A stretch of DNA of 64,000 bases from a virus. Position numbers and translations under genes: made by a program. The first letter of the stretch is position 1. The number at the start of each line of letters is the position of its first letter. Positions 8,134 through 15,449 of this stretch are shown in pieces. The notes below the pieces were generated by a model. That model saw only the letters and a program-made list of their open reading frames with translations. It made no database searches and had not been told where the DNA came from. The stretch is from IMG/VR virus record IMGVR_UViG_3300027804_002057. One strand, written 5' to 3'.

Positions 8134-11100
8134 TTAATTTCCGTATATGTTCTTATTAGCAAGTTCAAGTATTTTAGCAAATCGTTTATCAAGCTGCATT
8201 TCAAACTTAATTTGTCCACCATATCCAACACCATCTTCTCTTGCTACAATAGTTGCAATAGGAATAACTCTACCCTTTTTACCAGCTTTATATGCTAAGT
8301 AAGGTGGTTCTTCATTTGTTACTGCAAATAAACCTTGCTTAATTTCTTCAAAGTTGGATGTTTCAAATATATTCTTCAATACTGCTCTATCTAATGAGTT
8401 AGGTCCAATTGCCATAGATTCTTCGCCCTCACCAACTGCTTTTAATGGAAATTCCTCTCTAATAGCACCCAACATACCTTGCTTTAATTTAGGATTAGTA
8501 CCCAATGCTGTAATTACTGCTTTTTGATGAGTTTTATGAGTATCTTGTACACCCTGTAAATACTTTAACGCACCTTTATCACCTTTCTTAGCTGCTGCAG
8601 TTATTGCTGATAGGACAACTTTATTTATATCTCTAGAACCTTTTCCAGCTTTCAATTTATCTAAAGCTTGTTCTAATGTTATTTTTTTAGCCTTTACTAT
8701 TGATTGAAATTCTGAATCTTTTGCTACCAAACTTTGTAATTTTTTCATATTCTTTGAACCAAAATCATATAATGATTTTCTCTGATTCTTTTGATATACG
8801 TTTGGATTAATATCATCGGAAATATTTGCATCCCACTCAAATAATTTACCAGTACCAGAATTTAAAAAGTTTACAGCAGTTGATTTCTTTAAAGATACTT
8901 CATCTAAGATTTCTTGTCCATCTTTGGTTTTAACTTTAAAGTACGCATCGGTTGAAAATCCTTTATTCTTTTTATAATCTTTCAATCCCATTGCTTCAAC
9001 TTCACCTTCCGTATCCCAAGAACCAGCTATAATTTGTGCACCAGGATATTCTTTTGACAATCTATTTCTGATTGCTTTCCTATTGTTCATTGCGGCTTGA
9101 ATCCAACTTTTAGTTACGATTCTTTTTCCTTCAATTTTTAAATCAGGATTTGCTTGAATTTGTGCTTGCTCATGTGCTAATAAAGAATCAAAGAAAGCCT
9201 GAGCTTGCTTATCATCTAATGTAGTACTAATCATAGTCATCAACTCACCAGATTGTGCTGAAATTTGTCCAGCCCCACCAGGTAAATTTGAAAAGTGTGA
9301 CCATTTAGCAGTTTCATTTGTTGCTTTAGTATTCATCATTCTTTCCAAAGCTTTCAAATGTCTTGGTGGAACTTTTGTACCAGCATATAATTCTTTTGGT
9401 AATTTATATGGTGGTGGTGGAGGTCCCACTTCATATTTTTTATTTTTGATAGCAAATTCATTATCATCTGGAATTTGCTTTTGTGTAAATTGTTTTGATT
9501 TTAAAGTATCTATCTTAGTAAGTGTTTTATCTTTGCCACCAATTATTCTAGAACCTTTAGCTGGTTTAGCAGCTGGTGTTGGTTCTGATACGGGTTGTGG
9601 TTTTGCTGCAGGTTTTTCTTTACTTAATCTTTTTTGATATTCCGCATCGCCGGTAAACATATTTTGAGTTGCTGCTTGCGGTTTAGCTTGACCTTTTTTA
9701 GCTTTAGGGTCTTCGTGAGTACCACCTTTAATAGCTGCATCTTTTGATTGCTTACTTTTAAAGTAAACTAACTTTCCAGTTTCTTTACTTCTAGCTGCCA
9801 ACTTAGGGTCACCTGTTGCTTCATCAATGAAACCATAAATCATTTCTAACATTAATTCATTTGATAAATCCAAATGTTCTTCTTTCATTTGCGGAGTTTC
9901 CATATTATCTTCCCCTTGTGTTTTTTTCTTTTGTTCATATGAATCAATCATATCTTCCATTTGCTCAGGACTGATTTCCATTTCTTCTAAACCTTTTGAA
10001 ATCATTTCAGCAAATTTTTCCATATTTGCATCCATTTCCGCATCACCATCTGCATCAGCAAATAACGCTGCTCTACCAGCTCCCTTCAATATAGTTTCAC
10101 CAACAACGTGTGGTATAAATTCCATAGCAACGTGCTTACCAAATGCGGCCGCACCATGTCCTAATCCACCCATTGCTGCTCCAAAAATTGCAGTAGTTGC
10201 TATCTTAATACCAACTGCTTTAAGTGCATCTTTTTCGTGGTCATTAAGTTTTTTACCACTAAAGAATTTACCAACACCTTCTCCAGCAGTTTTGAATTCA
10301 TGTACTTCATGCTTCATTCCATCTTTTACTGCTTTCCATGCTCCCTTAGCTTTATCTTTAATAGCTTGTGCTAAAGTTCTTCTTGGTTCTGACCCAGCTT
10401 TGTAATATCCTTTTTCAAAGTATTCTTTTTCTTCTGCTGTCCATTTTTCAATCTTACTCTTAATTTTATCAGTAATACCAGTCTTATCTAAAGATGATAC
10501 TTGCTTTGGTGCCGCATCAGGAGTTTCTTTATTAGCATCTGCTTTTTTAGCTGCTATACCCATATCTTCTGCAAACTTATTTGCCATTGGAATAGCATCT
10601 TTAATATCTTGGTCTAACACCTGAACTTTCATCGGAATTTGTTTTTCCGGATGTTTAGCGTTGTAAGCTGCTACTGCCGCCCAACGGTGATGTCCATCAA
10701 TTACATATCCATCTCTACTCACATATATTGGTGCGGTAATTTTTTCGTGTTGTGGGTCTTTCTCTAATGCCCCCATCATTCCTACTACTTTAGCACCAAC
10801 CAATTCGGATTGAGTTGCTTTTAATTTATCAGCAGGAACTTCAGTTTGAGTTACCTTAATATTTTTTTGCTTCAACATTTCTCTAAACACAGGCTCAGTA
10901 TCTACTTCACCACTCTTATCAACTGGCATATTTGCTGCTTTAGTTCCAGGTTGTGCAGTTCCTTTAAATTGTGGCATTTCTGAACGTGGAATACCTAAGT
11001 TATCATCACAATATAAGTTAGTACCAGGTACAGTTATTTGACATAAATTAATGTTTGGTGCTTTCTCACCTTTAGAGATTGCATCATCAACCATTTTTTG

Positions 11101-12249
11101 TACCTTAGTAATATCCGTATTGAATTTTTCTAAATCTTTTGAGTCAACTCCATCTGGAATATCAGATTGTCCGCCAAATGTTTCTGGGTCAGCTTGTGGT
11201 ATTTCCTTTTGAACATCTTGAGTTGGAATTGGATTAAACTCTTTTGAATCTGATTTTGCTTTATCTTTACTTAAATCAAATTCATCTTCAGGTTGTTCAC
11301 CATATTTGTTTTCATATTCACCTCTCTTACTAACATATTCATCAGACCACATTTGCTCTGCTTCTTTATCACCTTCTTTTTTAGCTCTAGCAATTCTTGT
11401 TTGAGTATATTTCAATGCAGCTGCTTCAGCTCCCTTTTCATCACCAGCAGCCTTAGCATCTGCTACCGCATTTCTTTCTTTATCTTCTTCTGCTTTAAGT
11501 TCATCTGCATTTAATGATAATTTATAAAAATCATATCCCTTTGCTTTAGCTTTTTGAACCTTATCGCCGGCTTGAGCTTTGAAATCAGATTGTGCTTTAT
11601 CAGCTTGTGCTTTAAAATCATCTTGAGCTTTTTGAGCTTGTGCTTTAAAATCAGCTTGTGCCTTTTCAGCATCTTTTGCAAATTGAGCTTGTAATTCTTT
11701 TTCTTTATCTAAACGAGCTCCCATAGCAGGGTCTGCTTTTGGGTCATACATTGGTGCTGCTTTTTTGATTGGGTCTTCTTTTGGAGCTTCTTCACCACCA
11801 CCTTTACCATCCTTTGGTTCTTCCGGTTTTTTAGGTTGACCCTCACCACCCAAATCTTTATTAATAGCATCTCTTTCCGGTGTACCATCTGCTGGTAAAG
11901 TTCTTTCTGCAGCCTGTCTACCAGGGTGGTCAGCCGGTAATCTTAAAAGATTTCCAACCAATCCTTCCGCATCTTCACCTTTTGTATTTTTATATTTAAT
12001 AGATTTATTTAAAGCAGGATTTGAGAAGTTTCCTTTTTCAGCTTCAACAACTTTTTCTGGAGTTTTTCCCTTTTCCATCAAAAGGTTTTCTACCAACACA
12101 TCTTCGATATGAGATAATCCCATTTCAGAAAGTACAAATCCCAACTCCTTTAAGTGGGTTGGGTTCTTTGGATTTGGCATCCCATCATCAACTCGGAACG
12201 CCCATTCGGAAAGTATTTCGTTTATTAATTCAGATAAATTCATATTCAT
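8134..12249 (-). CDS. Large multidomain protein (1371 aa) with a ParB/Srx-like domain and a possible C-terminal PD-(D/E)xK nuclease domain
   Basis: KLKATQSEL...APIYVSRDGYVIDGHHRWAA (ParB-like); STDAYF...DEVSLKK (nuclease-like); K/E/P-rich linkers. Confidence 0.7.
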   Translation of the reverse strand: MNMNLSELINEILSEWAFRVDDGMPNPKNPTHLKELGFVLSEMGLSHIEDVLVENLLMEKGKTPEKVVEAEKGNFSNPALNKSIKYKNTKGEDAEGLVGNLLRLPADHPGRQAAERTLPADGTPERDAINKDLGGEGQPKKPEEPKDGKGGGEEAPKEDPIKKAAPMYDPKADPAMGARLDKEKELQAQFAKDAEKAQADFKAQAQKAQDDFKAQADKAQSDFKAQAGDKVQKAKAKGYDFYKLSLNADELKAEEDKERNAVADAKAAGDEKGAEAAALKYTQTRIARAKKEGDKEAEQMWSDEYVSKRGEYENKYGEQPEDEFDLSKDKAKSDSKEFNPIPTQDVQKEIPQADPETFGGQSDIPDGVDSKDLEKFNTDITKVQKMVDDAISKGEKAPNINLCQITVPGTNLYCDDNLGIPRSEMPQFKGTAQPGTKAANMPVDKSGEVDTEPVFREMLKQKNIKVTQTEVPADKLKATQSELVGAKVVGMMGALEKDPQHEKITAPIYVSRDGYVIDGHHRWAAVAAYNAKHPEKQIPMKVQVLDQDIKDAIPMANKFAEDMGIAAKKADANKETPDAAPKQVSSLDKTGITDKIKSKIEKWTAEEKEYFEKGYYKAGSEPRRTLAQAIKDKAKGAWKAVKDGMKHEVHEFKTAGEGVGKFFSGKKLNDHEKDALKAVGIKIATTAIFGAAMGGLGHGAAAFGKHVAMEFIPHVVGETILKGAGRAALFADADGDAEMDANMEKFAEMISKGLEEMEISPEQMEDMIDSYEQKKKTQGEDNMETPQMKEEHLDLSNELMLEMIYGFIDEATGDPKLAARSKETGKLVYFKSKQSKDAAIKGGTHEDPKAKKGQAKPQAATQNMFTGDAEYQKRLSKEKPAAKPQPVSEPTPAAKPAKGSRIIGGKDKTLTKIDTLKSKQFTQKQIPDDNEFAIKNKKYEVGPPPPPYKLPKELYAGTKVPPRHLKALERMMNTKATNETAKWSHFSNLPGGAGQISAQSGELMTMISTTLDDKQAQAFFDSLLAHEQAQIQANPDLKIEGKRIVTKSWIQAAMNNRKAIRNRLSKEYPGAQIIAGSWDTEGEVEAMGLKDYKKNKGFSTDAYFKVKTKDGQEILDEVSLKKSTAVNFLNSGTGKLFEWDANISDDINPNVYQKNQRKSLYDFGSKNMKKLQSLVAKDSEFQSIVKAKKITLEQALDKLKAGKGSRDINKVVLSAITAAAKKGDKGALKYLQGVQDTHKTHQKAVITALGTNPKLKQGMLGAIREEFPLKAVGEGEESMAIGPNSLDRAVLKNIFETSNFEEIKQGLFAVTNEEPPYLAYKAGKKGRVIPIATIVAREDGVGYGGQIKFEMQLDKRFAKILELANKNIYGN
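11570..11680 (-). repeat. Three 33-nt (11-aa) tandem repeats, KAQxDFKAQAx
   Basis: KAQADFKAQAQ-KAQDDFKAQAD-KAQSDFKAQAG in the translation. Confidence 0.85.
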
Positions 12250-12857
12250 TAAAATTTGTGGTCAGCTGGTTCACATACCATTTCTAATTCGTCCCAATGA
12301 AATTTTGGTCTTTCATTTAGAAATACAAAACATTTCCATTTGTTTGATTTTTCAAAATAAACGTGTTTTTGTAAATGTGATGGGATTGCTGCCCCAGTTG
12401 GTACTCTTTTAACCGGAGTATCAAAGAAAGTTTTTACTAAAACGGTGATTGGTTCTACATCATCCCACTTACGAATTTGTTCTTCTAACATTCTCCACTC
12501 ACCTCTATTAAGATATTGATTTTGCATTATTGAATTTAGGTATGAAAACGTCTGCTTCAAATTAGCTTCATTATCAGAAAATGTTGCTGCCGGTGCTCCA
12601 TGTCCTTTATCGTAAATGTTACCTTTGTAATCTTCACCATCTGAAGTTTTGATTCCCTTTTCAGTATAGAAATCCATATGACCTCTATTAACATTTGTAG
12701 GTCTATTGGTTGAACGATATTTAATAATTAGTGGTTGCTCTAAAGATTGTGAATAAAGTATATCAAACACTTCATTTTTTACTCTCACATCAGGCAATTG
12801 TCCAAATGATGTTAAGGAAACGATTAAAAACGATAAAAGGAACATTAATTTCTTCAT
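12249..12857 (-). CDS. DNA/RNA non-specific endonuclease (NucA/EndA beta-beta-alpha-Me family) with signal peptide
   Basis: YDKGHGAPAA, TFSYLNSIMQNQYLNRGEWRMLEEQIRKW, IPSHLQK. Likely start is ATG 12857 (MKKLMFLLSFLIVSLTSFGQ, signal-peptide-like), not the track start at 12923. Confidence 0.85.
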   Translation of the reverse strand: MKKLMFLLSFLIVSLTSFGQLPDVRVKNEVFDILYSQSLEQPLIIKYRSTNRPTNVNRGHMDFYTEKGIKTSDGEDYKGNIYDKGHGAPAATFSDNEANLKQTFSYLNSIMQNQYLNRGEWRMLEEQIRKWDDVEPITVLVKTFFDTPVKRVPTGAAIPSHLQKHVYFEKSNKWKCFVFLNERPKFHWDELEMVCEPADHKF

Positions 12858-12895
12858 ATTATAGCATATTTTTGTATATACTATAAATATACTTC

Positions 12896-14179
12896 TTAAA
12901 GGTTTCCGTAAGTTTTTCCCCAACTTGCTTTAACAGGAAACCCACCTTCTTCGATTATCTCTTTTAATCCCTTAATTGATTCCTTATCAACATCAGCAGG
13001 TACATCAAATAGAAACGAGTCATAAGTGTACAAGTCTAATGTAATATCAGTACCCTTAATGTAATCCAATATCCTTCTCATTTTCTCTACATTCATCTCA
13101 GTCTCAACGGCTTGTAGTAGATAGTTAAATACTTTTTGAGGATTAGCCCCTTCAATCCACTCCAACGGAATCTCTCTATGTGGTGTTTGTAGGAATCCCC
13201 TCTTTTGAGTTTCCATCCACATCTCATCAATATAATCAGCTACGGCTTTAAAATAAGGAATTTGTTTGAAATCATCATCAATACCACCATACAATAATTG
13301 GAATGTAACTCCTTTAGATTCCTCAACACTACATCCATATTGGTCAGCTAACCATTGGTGTACATTACCATCCGGCATATCAAACTTTACTAACTTACCA
13401 ATTAGTCTTGGGTGGTATGCGTTATAATCCATTTGTAGATAAATACCATCGGATACAAAACAATCTCTACTACCATCCGATTTATTGAGAGCGGCATAGT
13501 TCACACCACCATGTCTATTGGATGGTCTACCAGTTACAGTGAACGGATTGTATTCGGTGTACACTAAGTTATCTTTGGATACTTGCTTTTGGGCTTGAGG
13601 CCATCTATCAATAAATTTTTCCCTATCGACACGAATCCCAAATCGTTCAATTTCTGAAAGGGTGGGAATGAAAATATCGTTGTACCAATTGTAAGTTTTA
13701 GTTTTTTGTCTATACGTTTTTCTTAATTCGGGTTCTATTGCTTCCGCAAGTTTAAGAATGGGAATAGATTGAATGATGTCTTCTTTGTAACCCTTATGAA
13801 TAAAGGGAGCTACTAAGTGTTGTATTGGTTGTTGATAGTCTATTGTTTCACCATGCTTTAAGAAGTAAGCGGTGTCAACATCATTCAATCCTTCCCTAAG
13901 TGTAACAAAAGATTGTAGTAGCTTTTTCTTTTGGAATACCCACTTTTCACCGGCAGTATTCAACAACCCAGCTATTTGCTCATTAGAGAGTGATAGAGCG
14001 TCTGTGTGTTGTTGTGGTACAATATACTTGTCCGATTGGGTTCTAACGAATATAAACGAAATAGGAGTGTTTTGCGGATGCTTATCATTATCCACCCACA
14101 AAGGATACCAAATAGAAACTTCAGTTTCCAGCTTTTCCTTTAGTTCGTTCAATTCATCAATAGACTCAACAATTCTCAT
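12896..14179 (-). CDS. Minimal family A DNA polymerase-like protein without a 5' nuclease domain
   Basis: TGRPSN, motif A MDYNAYHPRL, motif B SKGVTFQLLYGG, NYLLQAVETE, motif C YTYDSFLFDV. Likely start is ATG 14179 (MRIVES). Confidence 0.85.
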   Translation of the reverse strand: MRIVESIDELNELKEKLETEVSIWYPLWVDNDKHPQNTPISFIFVRTQSDKYIVPQQHTDALSLSNEQIAGLLNTAGEKWVFQKKKLLQSFVTLREGLNDVDTAYFLKHGETIDYQQPIQHLVAPFIHKGYKEDIIQSIPILKLAEAIEPELRKTYRQKTKTYNWYNDIFIPTLSEIERFGIRVDREKFIDRWPQAQKQVSKDNLVYTEYNPFTVTGRPSNRHGGVNYAALNKSDGSRDCFVSDGIYLQMDYNAYHPRLIGKLVKFDMPDGNVHQWLADQYGCSVEESKGVTFQLLYGGIDDDFKQIPYFKAVADYIDEMWMETQKRGFLQTPHREIPLEWIEGANPQKVFNYLLQAVETEMNVEKMRRILDYIKGTDITLDLYTYDSFLFDVPADVDKESIKGLKEIIEEGGFPVKASWGKTYGNL

Positions 14180-14184
14180 ATACA

Positions 14185-14215
14185 CAAATATACGAAAATT
14201 AGTTCAATTGGCAAA
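14185..14215 (-). promoter_or_regulatory. Bacteroidota-type promoter immediately upstream of the polA-like gene
   Basis: TTTG (14212-14215), 19-nt spacer, TATATTTG (14185-14192). Confidence 0.75.
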
Positions 14216-14216
14216 A

Positions 14217-14615
14217 TTATTTTTGAAATATATCGGATATATCAACTACCCATAGCTTTGGGTCATATCCAAACTTTACTAAACCAGAGAGTCTAGTATT
14301 ACCAGCTACCAAATCATAATCGGTATCTGAAAACTTAACTACGATTGGATATTCTACCAAACCATCGTTAATATATTGAAGAACGAACTTTTTCTTTTTT
14401 GCATTAAGTTCATCAAAGTTTAAGTCTACATTTCCTAATACATTTTTTATATCAGAAAATTTTACTATGTATCCTTTTTTACCTCTCTTAATCCATTCAA
14501 GTCTTCCCATTTCAACAAATTCAGGATAGCGTTCAGCTTCTTCCCATTCCGAATCAAAATTTGGATGGATATATCTTATTTCCTTTTGTTCAGGTAAAAG
14601 TGATTTTAATTTCAT
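14217..14615 (-). CDS. Small ParB/Srx-like domain protein, 132 aa
   Basis: YPIVVKFSDTDYDLVAGNTRL resembles the ParB core PIxV...G(N/H)xR. Start reassigned to ATG 14615 (MKLKSLL) because the track start overlaps the tmRNA. Confidence 0.6.
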   Translation of the reverse strand: MKLKSLLPEQKEIRYIHPNFDSEWEEAERYPEFVEMGRLEWIKRGKKGYIVKFSDIKNVLGNVDLNFDELNAKKKKFVLQYINDGLVEYPIVVKFSDTDYDLVAGNTRLSGLVKFGYDPKLWVVDISDIFQK

Positions 14616-14627
14616 ATCAATAAATAT

Positions 14628-14664
14628 AAAAAATCCCAAACTACCAAATAATAGTTCGGGATTT
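14628..14664 (-). terminator. Intrinsic terminator after the tmRNA
   Basis: Minus strand aaatcccgaacta-ttatttgg-tagtttgggattt followed by a T-run. Confidence 0.8.
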
Positions 14665-15037
14665 TGGTGGAGATGACCGGAGTCGAACCGGTGTCTTACG
14701 AAGTAATCATAATACCAGCATATCACACGTTTAGGATAAGGTTTAATCTTATTCACCTTCCAAAATAATTGGGGCCGAATGGTTAGTTCAGCGCTTCCAC
14801 CAACCGATTTAAAGTTTCGGTAAACTTAATGTTCACTTCTTTTTAAATTCCACGAGTGATGCGGAAGGGATTAGGCTGCTACAGCGTAATCAGCACCTAC
14901 GAATGCCATAAGGTCATCGAAGGTCCAAGTAGATAATTCTACGTCATTTATTGTTTTGCGCAGATTTAAAGAGCTCTAGCACATCTCTCTACGTGTGGTA
15001 CTACCATTCGCATCGCAATCAATACCAAGGCATCCCC
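14665..15037 (-). ncRNA. ssrA: tmRNA (transfer-messenger RNA), 373 nt
   Basis: 5' GGGGAUG pairs with CAUCUCC-ACCA 3' (G3:U alanine identity, encoded CCA). T-arm ACCGG-UUCGACU-CCGGU; ACACGU/ACGUGU helix; internal tag ORF at 14871-14945 ends YAVAA-stop. Confidence 0.96.
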
Positions 15038-15050
15038 ATATTAATAAATA

Positions 15051-15082
15051 CAAATATACGAAAAAATAATTAGATTTCCAAA
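15051..15082 (-). promoter_or_regulatory. Bacteroidota-type promoter for the tmRNA
   Basis: TTTG (15079-15082), 20-nt spacer, TATATTTG (15051-15058). Confidence 0.8.
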
Positions 15083-15441
15083 TCTTTCTTTTGTTTGAAT
15101 TGTAAAAGATTTGGTAGATACAATACTAATTTAGGAATTTTAGGAGAAACTAATTTAATTGCTTTTGAATTAGAATCTTTAATTTGGTCATCAGTTCCTT
15201 TCAATCTCCAATTAAGATTTACTTTTGCAAAAAAAGGATTATCAATAACTTTACTAAATCCAATATAATCAACTTCATATATTTCTGATTCGGTATCATT
15301 TGCTTTTTGAACAAAGTATCTAACAATATATCCTCTTTTATAATCAATTTCCGCAGGAGTTGGTATATGTGTTTTTACTTTAACACTTTGATAAATGGAA
15401 TCTGGCTTACCAACTTTCTTATATCTGTTTAAATCAATCAT
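15070..15441 (-). CDS. Hypothetical protein at the end of the baseplate operon
   Basis: Clean 123-aa ORF (DYKRGYIVRYF...NWRLKG); no function recognised. Confidence 0.7.
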   Translation of the reverse strand: MIDLNRYKKVGKPDSIYQSVKVKTHIPTPAEIDYKRGYIVRYFVQKANDTESEIYEVDYIGFSKVIDNPFFAKVNLNWRLKGTDDQIKDSNSKAIKLVSPKIPKLVLYLPNLLQFKQKKDLEI

Positions 15442-15449
15442 ATTAATAA

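Noticed and set aside
14665-14700. Stand-alone tRNA suggested by the T-arm and CCA end
   Set aside because: There is no anticodon arm; the matching acceptor strand is about 370 nt away with a tag ORF between, so it is a tmRNA.
14616-14756. N-terminal extension of track ORF 14217..14756
   Set aside because: It overlaps the tmRNA 3' end and terminator; the ATG at 14615 is the more plausible start.
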